Positions 30,065-41,423 of a stretch of 64,000 nt of DNA are shown here, piece by piece (position 1 is the stretch's first letter; the number at the start of each line of letters is the position of its first letter). The notes beneath the pieces are model-generated. The model saw nothing but the letters and a program-made list of their open reading frames with translations, had not been told where the DNA came from and did no database searches. Source of the DNA: an uncultured Bacteroidales bacterium (GTDB lineage: Bacteria > Bacteroidota > Bacteroidia > Bacteroidales > VadinHA17); the NCBI GenBank assembly GCA_963849615.1, contig CAWKIC010000027.1, forward strand, positions 4,344 through 68,343, read 5' to 3'. Both the position numbers and the translations under genes were made by a program.

Positions 30065-31832
30065 ATGTCTGACAAGGAAAAGAGGAAACCGGGAGCCGGA
30101 TTAAAAGAGCTGCTTAAATTATACAGGTTCCTGAAACCATACCGGTGGAAATTTGCACTGGGTATGTTTTTCCTCCTTATCTCCACAGGAGCAAGTCTTA
30201 TGTTTCCGAAATTTCTGGGGGACATGGTCGACCTTGGAAACAAGGGGAAAATGATGACCGAAATCAGCCGGACAGGTTTAATATTGCTGGCTATTCTTGT
30301 TACACAAGCTGTTTTTTCCTACTTCCGCACAAGGATATTCGTATTTGTGACAGAGAGAACGCTGGCTTCAATAAGGCAGCATGTCTACAACCACCTGATC
30401 AAGCTCCCGATGGCTTTCTTTTCCGAACACAGGGTGGGAGAACTAAACAGCCGCATCTCCTCTGATATATCCCTGCTGCAGGACTCTCTTACGGGAACAC
30501 TTGCAGATCTTCTCTCACAGCTCCTTATCATCACTGGCGGAATAACCCTGATGATGATCAGTTCGTTCAAGCTTACAGTATTTATGCTTGCCATTGTTCC
30601 GGCAATGGCCCTTTTTGCATTCTTCTCCGGGAAGGGCAATCAGGAGATATTCAAAAAAAGCCCAGACCTATGTGGCTGAATCCAACACAATTGTAGAAGA
30701 GACATTACAGGGAATCCAGAATGTGAAAGCTTTCACAAATGAATTGTTTGAGATAGACCGTTACCGCAGAAAAACTGATGAAGTAGCCGTTGCAGGTATA
30801 CAGGGAGGAAAATACCAGGCAGCAGTCTCTTTCATTGTCCTTGGATTTTTTGTTTCAATGGCTGCTGTTATCTGGAGGGGAGCCGCATTAATAGCAAACG
30901 GACAAATGGAAGCCGGACAACTTTTTTCTTTTGTCATTTATTCAGGTTTCATTGCGGGAAACATTGCAGGGATGGCCGGTGTGTACACGAGACTTCAAAG
31001 GACAATCGGCGCAGCTGAAAAACTGCTGCTCCTTCTCGATGAACCTACGGAAGCCCTGGATGTGGATTATGTCGCTGTTCCTGCCAATGCACTTCATGGA
31101 CAGATTACATTCGACAGGGTAGAATTTAACTATCCCTCACGCGACGAGATCGTTGTGCTGAAAGATGTCAGTTTCAGAATTGAAACCGGACAGCAGGTAG
31201 CACTTGTCGGTCCGAGCGGGGCAGGGAAATCCACATTGGCATCACTTCTGCTGAAGTTTTATGAGCCGTCGGGAGGAAGGATTCTTTTCGACGAGCGCGA
31301 CAGCCGCAATTTTCCGCTGACAGCCCTGCGTGCCCAGATGGCCATCGTTATGCAGGATGTGTTTTTGTTTGGCGGAACAATACGTGAAAATATTGCCTAT
31401 GGAAAACCAGGTGCCGGCGAGAACGAAATTATCGATGCAGCGGTGCAGGCGAATGCCTGGGATTTTATTAAAACTTTTCCTGATAAACTTGATACTATCG
31501 TAGGGGAGCGTGGGATACAGCTCTCGGGAGGCCAGCGTCAGCGTATCGCCATCGCCCGTGCGATGCTTAAAAACCCAAAGATATTGATCCTTGATGAAGC
31601 CACTTCTTCGCTCGATTCGGAATCAGAAAGGCTTGTGCAGGAGGCACTTGAAAAGCTGATGGCCGGCAGGACATCCCTGGTAATTGCTCACAGGCTCTCA
31701 ACGGTACGCAAGGCGTATAAGATCATAGTCCTCGATGGCGGAAAAATTGTGGAACAGGGAACCCACAACGAATTGCTTTCAAAAGAAAACGGATTGTACA
31801 AAACACTTACAGAGCTTCAGTTTGCCGTCTGA
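30065..31832 (+). CDS. ABC exporter, TMD+NBD (MsbA-like), one frameshift near 30630
   Basis: GPSGAGKST, LSGGQRQR, LILDEATSSLD. Confidence 0.92.
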
Positions 31833-31859
31833 CCTGTCACCCGGGGGGCATGCCCGATC

Positions 31860-32000
31860 TTAAGAATCTGTGTTAAACCGAGTATTTTTAACTAGCAGAA
31901 ATACAATTACATAAGTTTCCCCTCCTTTTTTTAAGGAGGGGTGGCCAGACGGTGAAATCATCTTACAGGGTGAAATTAAATTCGTCTGGCCGGGGTGGTT
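31860..32000. repeat. Family B leader plus CCCCTCCTT..AAGGAGGGG REP-like hairpin
   Basis: Similar to 21807-21868; hairpins CCCCTCCTT/AAGGAGGGG and GGCCAGACG/CGTCTGGCC. Confidence 0.55.
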
Positions 32001-32076
32001 AATTCAGAAGCAGGGGGCAGGCCGGCCAATACGAAATCTTGTATCTTTATGTCATGAAACTTTTAAACCTTTAATT

Positions 32077-32526
32077 ATGTCACTCACCGAAAAAATTTCA
32101 AGCGATCTGATTGCGGCCATGAAGAGCAAGGATAAGGTTGCCCTTGAAGCTATAAGGGCTGCAAAGACAGCATTTACCCTTGCACGTTCCGAAAGGAGCG
32201 CTGACACTGTACTCAGCAGCGAAGAAGAATTGAAGATCATCCAGAAGCTTGTGAAGCAGAGACAGGAATCGGCTGCAATCTATAAAGAGAACAACAGACC
32301 TGATCTCTATGAAAAAGAGATTTCAGAAGCTTCGGTACTTGAAAAATATCTTCCGGCAAAAATGAGTGAGGAGGAGCTGACAAAAATACTTAAAGAAATC
32401 ATTGAACGCCTGGGTGCAAAGTCAGCTGGCGACATGGGCAAAGTTATGGGTGTTGCAACAAAAGAGCTGGCCGGAAAGGCGGACGGTAAAGAAATATCGG
32501 CCAGAGTCAGGCAGTTGCTGGGTTAA
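32077..32526 (+). CDS. GatB/YqeY domain protein
   Basis: AMKSKDK, KQRQES, YLP, DMGKVMG, GKADG. Confidence 0.92.
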   Translation: MSLTEKISSDLIAAMKSKDKVALEAIRAAKTAFTLARSERSADTVLSSEEELKIIQKLVKQRQESAAIYKENNRPDLYEKEISEASVLEKYLPAKMSEEELTKILKEIIERLGAKSAGDMGKVMGVATKELAGKADGKEISARVRQLLG

Positions 32527-32563
32527 TTTAAAGAACATTTAACCCTGGATGCCGGGTACTGGT

Positions 32564-33379
32564 TCAGCCCAGGGCAACATCGAGAACCATCATGGTTGCA
32601 AATCCTGTCATGGCGCCGATTGTTGACAGATCGGTCTCATTACCGGTCTGTGATTCTGGTATAAGCTCTTCAACAACAACAAAGATCATTGCGCCTGCAG
32701 CAAAAGAGAGCGCATAGGGCAGCAGGGGTGTTATCAGGGTTACAAGGTAAGCACCTGATATTCCTGCTATAGGCTCAACAATCCCCGATAATTGTCCGTA
32801 GTTAAAAGCCTTCCATCTTGTAAATCCTTCCCTTCTCAGGGGAATTGAAACTGCAGCACCTTCGGGGAAATTCTGCAATCCAATACCAATAGCCAGGGCA
32901 ATGGCCCCAGTCAGCATGCCGGTTTCAGGATTATGAGCAAGCGCTCCGAAAGCAACCCCCACTGATAATCCTTCCGGAATGTTGTGCAAAGTAATTGCAA
33001 GTATCAGTAATACGCTTCTTTGCCAGGTTGTCTTTATGCCTTCCGCTTTATCTCTGGAAAGACCCATGTGAAGGTGAGGCAAAATTTTGTCGATCAGAAG
33101 AATAAAACCTCCCCCAGCCAGAAAACCCACAAGAGCCGGGATCCAGGGATTAGCACCCTGGCTTCTTGCCAGGTCAATTGCCGGATTTAAAAGTGACCAG
33201 AAGCTTGCAGCGATCATAACGCCGGCTGCAAAGCCCAGCATTGAATTCAGGATCTTTTTATTTATCGTCTTAAAGAAAAATACCATAGCTGCACCCAGAG
33301 CCGTAACTCCCCAGGTAAACAGGGTTGCAATGAGAGCAAGTAATATCGGGTTAACCTCGATAAGCCTTTCAAGATCCAT
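32564..33379 (-). CDS. ZIP family metal transporter (ZupT/GufA-like)
   Basis: TLHNIPEG, QNFPEG, EELIPE. Confidence 0.92.
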   Translation of the reverse strand: MDLERLIEVNPILLALIATLFTWGVTALGAAMVFFFKTINKKILNSMLGFAAGVMIAASFWSLLNPAIDLARSQGANPWIPALVGFLAGGGFILLIDKILPHLHMGLSRDKAEGIKTTWQRSVLLILAITLHNIPEGLSVGVAFGALAHNPETGMLTGAIALAIGIGLQNFPEGAAVSIPLRREGFTRWKAFNYGQLSGIVEPIAGISGAYLVTLITPLLPYALSFAAGAMIFVVVEELIPESQTGNETDLSTIGAMTGFATMMVLDVALG

Positions 33380-33492
33380 AGTACTTTAACCAGATTTATT
33401 CCCTGATTGTTTAACTAATCTACAGAAAACTTTATTTTGTCTGCGCCGGGCTCGCCAGCAAGCTGGACCCGGTTCTTCGCTCCTATCAGAAA

Positions 33493-33548
33493 GCTCATTA
33501 TCAATCAACTAGTAACCAGGAACCAGTAACTAGCAACTTAGATTAATT
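33493..33548 (+). repeat. Partial (right arm) copy of repeat family A
   Basis: GCTCATTATCAA..AACTAGTAACCAGGAACCAGTAACTAGCAACTTAG. Confidence 0.6.
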
Positions 33549-34782
33549 ATTTAAATAGCATCGGTGCAAATTCAGAAAGGTAAATACGCCAGTTAGCCCA
33601 TGTATGACCTCCGGTACTTTCACGGTAAACATATTTAAGCCCGACTTTATCGAGGGTCTCTCTCAGTGTGACTACTCCTTTGTAAACGAAATCATCTTTT
33701 CCACAGGCAATCCAATAGAGCTTATAACCGCTTTTTTTCAATGCCTCAAGTTTGGTGATCCTTTCCTGTTCCAATTTTGCTGCATCAGGGTTCTGAGGGC
33801 CCATATTCATGATTCCCATGCTGAACACCCCGATATAGCCGAACAATCCCGGATTGTTGCCGGTAATGGTCTGGGTATGACCGCCACCCATCGATAATCC
33901 TGCAATAGCACGGTTACCCATTCCGGTCAGGGCACGATAGTTCTTCTCTATAAAGGGGACAACGTCTTTTACAAGATGTTCCTCAAATTTGCCGGCCAGC
34001 CTCTGGTACCCTGCCATCCCCTGACCCTGTGGTGAAGCCAGAACCGGCACTTCATTCTGGGCCCCTGCCTGATTTGCATTGCCGTTGGTCATGACAACGA
34101 TCATCGGCCTGGCTTTGCCCTGTGCAATAAGATTATCCATTATCTGTGCTGCCCTGCCCATGTTTGTCCAGGCATCTTCGTCCCCTCCCGCTCCATGGAA
34201 AAGATAAAAGACCGGGTATTTATTAGTACCTCCTTCATAGCCTGGAGGAGTATAGACATAGACTCTTCTGTCCATGTCAAGAACTGAGGACCTGTACCAT
34301 ATTTTGGATACAGTGCCATGGGGTACTCCGCTTTTTTGAAAGTAAAGATCCGATTCAGGTCCGGGAACAATAAAGAAGCTCTGATAGTTGAAACCGTCGC
34401 GTCTCAACTGAACATTATTAGGGTCAATAGTTCTTACGCCGTCAGCAGTAAGGGTATAACCATAAAGTTCAGGCTTCAGTGGACCGACAGTCAGGCTGAA
34501 CATCCCGGTATCGTTTCTGACAAGTTCTTCAGAAACTCCGGATCCGGACTGCCACTCACCGGAAACGGTGACTTTTGAAGCATCCTTTGAATAAAGTCTG
34601 AAAGTCACTTTGTTGTCGGGCAGGATCTCAGGTGAAATGATCCTCGCAGGCATTCTGAAAGCCGGACGTGCGGGTGCGGCAGCAGGCCTTGCCGGCTCCT
34701 GTGCAGAAGCAGTGAAAGCAGCTTCAAGCATTAAAAAAACTGTAACAATTGTTACAATAAATGGGGTTTTGTTAATTTTCAT
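33547..34782 (-). CDS. CE1-type esterase with N-terminal CBM48/E-set domain
   Basis: VYTPPGY, HGAGGDE, GLSMGG, GGHTW. Confidence 0.9.
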   Translation of the reverse strand: MKINKTPFIVTIVTVFLMLEAAFTASAQEPARPAAAPARPAFRMPARIISPEILPDNKVTFRLYSKDASKVTVSGEWQSGSGVSEELVRNDTGMFSLTVGPLKPELYGYTLTADGVRTIDPNNVQLRRDGFNYQSFFIVPGPESDLYFQKSGVPHGTVSKIWYRSSVLDMDRRVYVYTPPGYEGGTNKYPVFYLFHGAGGDEDAWTNMGRAAQIMDNLIAQGKARPMIVVMTNGNANQAGAQNEVPVLASPQGQGMAGYQRLAGKFEEHLVKDVVPFIEKNYRALTGMGNRAIAGLSMGGGHTQTITGNNPGLFGYIGVFSMGIMNMGPQNPDAAKLEQERITKLEALKKSGYKLYWIACGKDDFVYKGVVTLRETLDKVGLKYVYRESTGGHTWANWRIYLSEFAPMLFK

Positions 34783-34808
34783 GATTTAATAAGTTTTGTG
34801 TTATATTA

Positions 34809-34974
34809 ATTAATTCAAGTTGCTAGTTGCTGGTTCCTTGTTACTGGTTAGTTGTTGATTAACAGAACAATAAGCGATTTTGTTAAAATGTATTTAATAT
34901 TTTTGCATTAATCATGATGCTCATTATCAAATAACTAGCAACCAGCAACAAGTAACTGGCAACTTAGGTTAATT
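34809..34974 (+). mobile_element. MITE-like repeat family A, copy 3
   Basis: Near-identical to 22776-22948. Confidence 0.75.
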
Positions 34975-34987
34975 ACTACGGAGAAAT

Positions 34988-37027
34988 CTATTTTATATAC
35001 TTCAGGATATCGCTCAAACCTGCCTTTTCAACCTCGATCCTGGCATCTTCAGGGAGGAGGAAACCCTCTGCCACCAGTTCGTCAGCTGCCTTTCTAACTG
35101 CCTGATAATATCTTTCATGTGAACCGTATCTTTCTTTAAGCGAACGCCTTGGATCGCTGGCATCAGAGCGATCTTTCCTCGTGTCTTTAAACGGAATGAA
35201 CATACCGTTAAGCGAGGACAGATCACCCTTTCCATATCCTTCCCTGCGCAGCGACCATCCTGTATAAGTGCCAAGCGGAACCCTGATATTAATGCCCCTG
35301 ATGCCTGCAATTTCATTACCGTCCTCATCCACCCGTGGTACCAGGGTTTTATAGACCTGCCGGGAAATGGCTGTCGGCGGTTCCTGTGTGAGTATCCCTG
35401 TCACATTTCTGAAATCATATTGTGGTCCGTAATCAAGAAGAGGAAGCTCATTCACCATGCCGTTAAAAGTGACATCCGGTATTTCAGGCCACCCTATGCT
35501 TTCTTTGTCCGGAGCGACCAGTGTCTTTGCCGCTATCGTAGGATAGGAGCTGCCTGGTGGCTCTTTCCCTTCCATTACCCATTTTTCAAGAGCAACTAAC
35601 AGGGCACGCAGGTAGAGGTAATATGAATTGTTGTTCTGCTGGAAACCGCTGATCTGATCGGCGCTCTCCGTCGGGGTATGCTGTGTGCCGGAAAAAAGGT
35701 AGATACGTACATTGTCTGGAATCTTCAAATCCATTGTGCCATATGAATCCGTATGGGTGAGCGATGCACGTAACTGCCAGTATTCCGATGAACTGAGCGT
35801 CTGCATTATTTTAGGATACTCACCGTCGCCTTCAAATTTTTCAAGGATACCTCCTGTAATCCCTGAGATGGGATCATGTTCATTATTCCAGGTGAATGGC
35901 GGATCGTTGCCGGGAAAGAGATGGTCCTCGTGCTGAAGGCCTCCCCCGCCGGGATGTCCGAAACGGATATTCAGGGAATTACGCCGGGTTCCGAGATGTG
36001 CATTTACACCATCAAATACTTTAACTCCCTTTTCATCCTTGTTGAATCCAAGGAACAGGAATGTGCGGATGAAATTGCTGCACTGTGAAATTCCCTGTAC
36101 TATAGCGCACTTTACAGGATTTGAAGTAGCGCCTTCGCCGGCCAGCGGATTAGGGAAACCAGCATCATCCTTCAATTCACTCCTGAGAAACGAGGTAAGA
36201 TCGCGCACTGCTGCAAAGCCCAGTCCCAATACAAGGGGATTCTTTGCCATATAGATCAGCTCATATATGTAGTCTGGATTAAATCCGTCCTTCAAAGAAA
36301 TCTTTGTCGCCGTTGGTACACCAGGAAACCGGGCCCGGGTACAGTCTGAAAATGCCCACTCATTGTTTGGGATCGGAATCCTGGGATCTGATTCGAGGAC
36401 TCGTTTTGTCAGTGTCAGGCCGGTGTTGTCAGTATTTACTGATTCATAGGAGTAATGTGTTTGTCCTGTGAAAAAGCCGCTGCCGAGGGTTAAAGTATTG
36501 ACTGCCGAGGTGACCTGGTATTCGGTACGGAGAATTCCGGTTATCTCCTCTCCTTTTTCAGCTGCATAGGGGACCTTCATTGTGAGGCGGTTGGCGCCGG
36601 CCAGGACATCACCCTGCCAGGCGCACCAGAAAAATACGTATCCGCGGCCAAGCATTGCAGTATCGGCAGGAAGTGCGTTACCGCGGTTTGGGAGGCTCAG
36701 AAACAGGAGACCGTTGCTTTTAGTCATATCCGCCGGCTTCAGAATAATGAAATCGGAGATGTATTCTACCCTCCCTGCGGTATTGCGGGGAGCAAGCCGG
36801 ATATCCTGGATCATATTGTTAAGGGAATCGGAAGGATCGATTTCGCCGTAAGCCTTACCTGTTATCCTGACATAGGCTCCTGCCGTACCAAAAACAGCTC
36901 CATTCATATACGGCTCTGTTTTGGCGACATACAACCTGACAATCCTGGCATGGGAAGGAGGGCAAAAGAATATATAAGTCAGTAGGGCAAACAGACTAAC
37001 AATACATCTGCGTGTAGAAATTTCCAT
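34988..37027 (-). CDS. Secreted alpha/beta hydrolase-domain protein
   Basis: NRG, GISQCS nucleophile elbow, EYW, GTQH, DEDGNEIAGIR, SLKERY. Confidence 0.8.
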   Translation of the reverse strand: MEISTRRCIVSLFALLTYIFFCPPSHARIVRLYVAKTEPYMNGAVFGTAGAYVRITGKAYGEIDPSDSLNNMIQDIRLAPRNTAGRVEYISDFIILKPADMTKSNGLLFLSLPNRGNALPADTAMLGRGYVFFWCAWQGDVLAGANRLTMKVPYAAEKGEEITGILRTEYQVTSAVNTLTLGSGFFTGQTHYSYESVNTDNTGLTLTKRVLESDPRIPIPNNEWAFSDCTRARFPGVPTATKISLKDGFNPDYIYELIYMAKNPLVLGLGFAAVRDLTSFLRSELKDDAGFPNPLAGEGATSNPVKCAIVQGISQCSNFIRTFLFLGFNKDEKGVKVFDGVNAHLGTRRNSLNIRFGHPGGGGLQHEDHLFPGNDPPFTWNNEHDPISGITGGILEKFEGDGEYPKIMQTLSSSEYWQLRASLTHTDSYGTMDLKIPDNVRIYLFSGTQHTPTESADQISGFQQNNNSYYLYLRALLVALEKWVMEGKEPPGSSYPTIAAKTLVAPDKESIGWPEIPDVTFNGMVNELPLLDYGPQYDFRNVTGILTQEPPTAISRQVYKTLVPRVDEDGNEIAGIRGINIRVPLGTYTGWSLRREGYGKGDLSSLNGMFIPFKDTRKDRSDASDPRRSLKERYGSHERYYQAVRKAADELVAEGFLLPEDARIEVEKAGLSDILKYIK

Positions 37028-37080
37028 GTACCTGCTATGGGTAAAAGGTGATCTTTAAAGTTATTTAAAATCTTTGACTC

Positions 37081-40000
37081 CTACTCTTCAGGATGGTAAT
37101 TTCTCTGTAATTCCTCAAGCTTTTTGCTGCCGTAAGCAAACCTTGTTATCACCACGAACAGGACCGGAACCATAAAGATGCCGATAAATGTCGCTGCGAT
37201 CATTCCCCCGAACACAGTCCACCCTATAGTCTGGCGTGCAACGGCACCGGCACCGGAGGCAAATATGAGCGGAGAGACTCCGAAGATAAATGCCAGCGAG
37301 GTCATCAGGATAGGACGCAGTCTCAGCCTGATAGCTTCAAAAGTGGCTTTTACGAGGTCCATACCCGCATCTACACGTTTCTTGGCAAACTCGACTATGA
37401 GTATTGAGTTTTTCGCCGCCAGCCCTATGAGAGTAACAAGGCCGATCTGGGCATATATATTATTGCTAAGCCTTGGAATAAAAGTCAGTGCAAGTATTGC
37501 TCCGAAAGCGCCCAGAGGAACTGCCAGCAGCACTGAAAACGGCACCGACCAGCTCTCATAAAGGGCCGTCAGGAAGAGAAAAACGAACAACACGGAGATA
37601 AAGAAAATAAGCACCGATTTTGATCCGGCCTCTATCTCCTCGCGGCTGAGTCCGGAAAATTCATACCCGTATCCGGGTGGCAAAACCCTGTCGGCTGTTT
37701 CCCGCAATGCCTTTATTGCCTGTCCGCTGCTATAACCCCTGGCGGATTCACCATTGAATTCGGTGGAACGGTAAAGATTGAAGTGATTGATTAGCGGCGC
37801 ACTCTCACTCAGCTTGTAGCTTACAAAGTTTTTAAGCGGAAGCATCTCACCGGCTATATTACGCACATAAAACCTGTTGATGTCATCAATAGTCTCCCTG
37901 AAAGTGGTGTCAGCCTGTGCAACAACCCTGAAGTTCCGGCCGTAGAGCGTAAAATCGTTAATGTAAGAGCTCCCGAGATAAGTCTGCAGGGTGCCGAACA
38001 GGTCAGTAAGCCTTACCCCCATCCTTTTGCACATCTCCCTGTCGATCGAAATGTTGTACCTTGGTGTACTGGCTGTAAAAAAGGTAAAAGCGCTTCCGAT
38101 CTCCGGCTGTTTGTTTGCTTCTGCCATAAAGTTCCGGACAACGGTCTCAAATCCCTTCAGATCATCATTACTCTCCCTCTGCTGCAAAACAAAGGAAAAG
38201 CCTCCGGTGCTGCCCAGTCCTGGTATCGATGGCGGAGCAATCACAATCACGCGAGCCTGTTTGATTGCTGAAAACCGGTTGTTGAGTTGATCTATTATTC
38301 CCTGAAGCTGTTCCGACTTCTTTTTTCTATCCTCCCACGGTTTTAACTGACAGAATACAGTTCCGGCGTTTGATTTTGTTGTAAATGTGACCACATTCAA
38401 TCCGGCTATTCCTGCAAAGTGACCTACCCCTGGAGTCTCTTTAAGGATACCCATAACTTCCTTCAGTACGTTGATTGTCCTGGTTGTTGATCCTGCCTCA
38501 GGCAGTTCGAATGTGACAAAAAGCCTTCCGTTATCCTCAATGGGAATGAAGCTTGTAGGTTTGTTCCTGAACAACACAAGGGTTCCAAAAATAACAAGAA
38601 CAAGCAGGATAACCACATACCGGGCATGCCTGACAACCTTCAGAACACTATCGGAATAGGTATCGAGGCTTACCTTGAACAGCCTGTTAAACAGGGCAAA
38701 GAACCTGTTCAGGAGCCCGGTTTTCCTTACTGATGTCCGCGGCTTTAGAAGAAGGGAGCTTAATGCGGGTGTAAGGGTAAGGGCTACGAATGCGGAAAGC
38801 AATACTGAAGCGGCAATTGTTAATGCAAATTGCTGATAAAGCTTCCCGACAATCCCGGGAATAAATCCTACCGGGACGAAAACAGCTGCCAATATCAGTG
38901 CAATCGCAACAACCGGGGCTGAAATATCCTCCATCGCTTTAAAAGCAGCCTCTTTGGGAGTCAGATGCTTATCATCCATATAATGCTGTATTGCCTCAAC
39001 GACGATTATGGCATCATCCACAACAATCCCGATAGCAAGGACAAGGGCAAAAAGAGTAAGCGTGTTGATAGTGAAACCTAAAGGATTAAAGAAGATAAAC
39101 GCCCCGATGATCGATACCGGTATTGCAAGGATGGGGATTAAAGTTGCCCTCCAGTTTTGCAGGAAAACAAAAACCACTATCACAACCAGTGTCAGGGCTA
39201 TCAATAGTGTCTTTACCACTTCCTCGATAGATACTCTCACCACCGACACTGTCTCAAAGGGGACCATATAATCAAGACCTGGTGGAAAAGATTTCTTAAG
39301 TCTCTCCATTTCAGTATAAATACCATTTGCTGTCTCCAGGGCGTTGCTTCCCGGCAGCTGAAAAACAAGAAGAAATGATGCCTGTTCACCATCAACATAG
39401 GAGTTACCCGAATAATTGAATTTTCCCAGTTCAATCCTTGCCACATCTTTCAGGTAAACTATCGAACCGGTGGAGGGATTCGCCTTTACAATGATATTGC
39501 CGAACTCCTCTGCCGAAGCCAGTCTACCTTCAACAAAACAGGTATATTCAAATGCCTGATAATTTGGCTGAGGAGGAGATCCTATTGTACCAGCAGCTAC
39601 CTGGACGTTTTGTTCCCGGACAGCCTGGACCACATCGGCGGGGGATAATTTCAGATTGGCAAGCTTTTCCGGATTAAGCCACAGGCGCATCCCGAAGGGA
39701 TCTGCACGGGCAAAAACATCTCCAACTCCCTGGACACGCAATAGGGCTTCGCGGATGTAGATATTTGAATAATTATCAACAAATTGAATTCCATGCGTTT
39801 TATCCGGCGAAAAGATGCCGATCACCATCAGGATACTTGGCGTTCGCTTCCGTACTATCGTTCCGAGCGCTTTAACCTCTTCCGGAATATTAGGCAGAGC
39901 TGCATTCACCCTGTTTTCAACATCCAGGGCAGCAATGTTGACATCCGTACCTATCTTAAAAGTAACGCTCATACCCATGGTCCCGTTACTGGAGCTGTTG

Positions 40001-40242
40001 GTCTGAATATAGGACATTCCCGGCACACCGTTAACCTGCGATTCGATTGGTGTTGCTACGGTCTGCTCAACAACCTGTGCATTGGCTCCAATATAATTTG
40101 CCGATACCTGAACAACAGGAGGAGTGATGTCAGGATACTGGCTCACTGGCAGGCTGACTATCGAAACAATCCCCAGGATTACAATTATGAGAGAGATCAC
40201 AATTGCGGTGTTTGGCCGTTTTATGAATGTATTTGCAATCAT
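37081..40242 (-). CDS. RND efflux permease (AcrB/HAE1)
   Basis: GIVVDDAIIVVE, GLAAKNSILIVEFA, RLRPILMTS. Confidence 0.95.
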   Translation of the reverse strand: MIANTFIKRPNTAIVISLIIVILGIVSIVSLPVSQYPDITPPVVQVSANYIGANAQVVEQTVATPIESQVNGVPGMSYIQTNSSSNGTMGMSVTFKIGTDVNIAALDVENRVNAALPNIPEEVKALGTIVRKRTPSILMVIGIFSPDKTHGIQFVDNYSNIYIREALLRVQGVGDVFARADPFGMRLWLNPEKLANLKLSPADVVQAVREQNVQVAAGTIGSPPQPNYQAFEYTCFVEGRLASAEEFGNIIVKANPSTGSIVYLKDVARIELGKFNYSGNSYVDGEQASFLLVFQLPGSNALETANGIYTEMERLKKSFPPGLDYMVPFETVSVVRVSIEEVVKTLLIALTLVVIVVFVFLQNWRATLIPILAIPVSIIGAFIFFNPLGFTINTLTLFALVLAIGIVVDDAIIVVEAIQHYMDDKHLTPKEAAFKAMEDISAPVVAIALILAAVFVPVGFIPGIVGKLYQQFALTIAASVLLSAFVALTLTPALSSLLLKPRTSVRKTGLLNRFFALFNRLFKVSLDTYSDSVLKVVRHARYVVILLVLVIFGTLVLFRNKPTSFIPIEDNGRLFVTFELPEAGSTTRTINVLKEVMGILKETPGVGHFAGIAGLNVVTFTTKSNAGTVFCQLKPWEDRKKKSEQLQGIIDQLNNRFSAIKQARVIVIAPPSIPGLGSTGGFSFVLQQRESNDDLKGFETVVRNFMAEANKQPEIGSAFTFFTASTPRYNISIDREMCKRMGVRLTDLFGTLQTYLGSSYINDFTLYGRNFRVVAQADTTFRETIDDINRFYVRNIAGEMLPLKNFVSYKLSESAPLINHFNLYRSTEFNGESARGYSSGQAIKALRETADRVLPPGYGYEFSGLSREEIEAGSKSVLIFFISVLFVFLFLTALYESWSVPFSVLLAVPLGAFGAILALTFIPRLSNNIYAQIGLVTLIGLAAKNSILIVEFAKKRVDAGMDLVKATFEAIRLRLRPILMTSLAFIFGVSPLIFASGAGAVARQTIGWTVFGGMIAATFIGIFMVPVLFVVITRFAYGSKKLEELQRNYHPEE

Positions 40243-40248
40243 CTTTAC

Positions 40249-41406
40249 TTATTTTGATGTCGACGGTGAAGCACTAACTCTCTCCAGAGCCTCTTTCGGC
40301 TCTTCAATTGATACCATCGATCCTTCCCGCACATTCTGGAGCCCTTCAAGGATGATCCTGTCGCCATCTTTTAATCCTTCCTCCACAACCACAAATCCGC
40401 CAAGATTGACACCAGGGGTGATCCTTCTCAGGCTCACCTTGCCCTCTTCTATAAGATAGACGAGATTTTCGCTCATTTGCTCAATAGTAGCCCGGACGGG
40501 GATAACTACATGCGATCCTGAGTCCTCACTTTTAATTTTTATTTTACAATTCATGCCCGGGCGGAGGTTTCCATCTTCATTCGGAAAGACAACCCTGACC
40601 TTAATTGTCCCTGTAACAGGGTCGATTGCCCTGTCAATGACGCTTAACTTTCCATTGTATTTATAGTCAGAGTTATCTGGCAGGGCAATTTTAAATATGG
40701 AATCATTCTCTGAAGCTTTTGTCTGCTGAACCTTAAGCATATAAGGGAGGGAATTCTGATCTATACTGAAATCAACGCCAACCGGGTCATCTGATGAAAT
40801 GGTTGTCAGCAACGTCTGTCCTGCTGCAACGAAAGCTCCCGGCTTAACGAATGAAAAACCTGTCATTCCTGAGAAAGGTGCAGTTATCAGGGAATAATTA
40901 TAATCAGTTTCAGCATTCAGCAAATTGGCATTGGCCAGCTTCAACTGCATTTTAGCATTTTCAAGGCCGGTCAGGCCATCATCGAGTATCTGCTTTGCGA
41001 TGGCATTTTGCTCATCCAGTTTCTGGTACCTGTCTGCATCACGCTGTGACTTTTCGAGATTACTCGTTGCGATTTCAACATTGGCTTTGGCAGCCTCAAA
41101 TGCAGCCTGATATTTCTTCCTGTCAATCTCGTAAAGTCTTGATCCCTTATTCACATGTGTACCCTCAGTGAAGAAGACCCTTGTGATATATCCGTTCACT
41201 TCGCTGCGCAACTGGATTTCATTAAGGGCTGTAACCGTGGCCGGATAGGAGTTGTAATAGACAACATTCTCAGTACGCGCCGTATACGCTATTACGGGGA
41301 TGGGGCCCTGGGCTATCTGCCCCGATGCTTCCTTGTTTTTGCATGAGCCGGCAGAGAGCGCCAGTATCACTGCCAGTACCGGTATAATCAGTTTATTGCT
41401 TTTCAT
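40249..41406 (-). CDS. RND periplasmic adaptor (MFP) lipoprotein
   Basis: AGSC lipobox, V.G.I, ITAPFSG, TGT.KVR, LRPGM. Confidence 0.93.
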   Translation of the reverse strand: MKSNKLIIPVLAVILALSAGSCKNKEASGQIAQGPIPVIAYTARTENVVYYNSYPATVTALNEIQLRSEVNGYITRVFFTEGTHVNKGSRLYEIDRKKYQAAFEAAKANVEIATSNLEKSQRDADRYQKLDEQNAIAKQILDDGLTGLENAKMQLKLANANLLNAETDYNYSLITAPFSGMTGFSFVKPGAFVAAGQTLLTTISSDDPVGVDFSIDQNSLPYMLKVQQTKASENDSIFKIALPDNSDYKYNGKLSVIDRAIDPVTGTIKVRVVFPNEDGNLRPGMNCKIKIKSEDSGSHVVIPVRATIEQMSENLVYLIEEGKVSLRRITPGVNLGGFVVVEEGLKDGDRIILEGLQNVREGSMVSIEEPKEALERVSASPSTSK

Positions 41407-41423
41407 AATTTCACAATTGCTTG

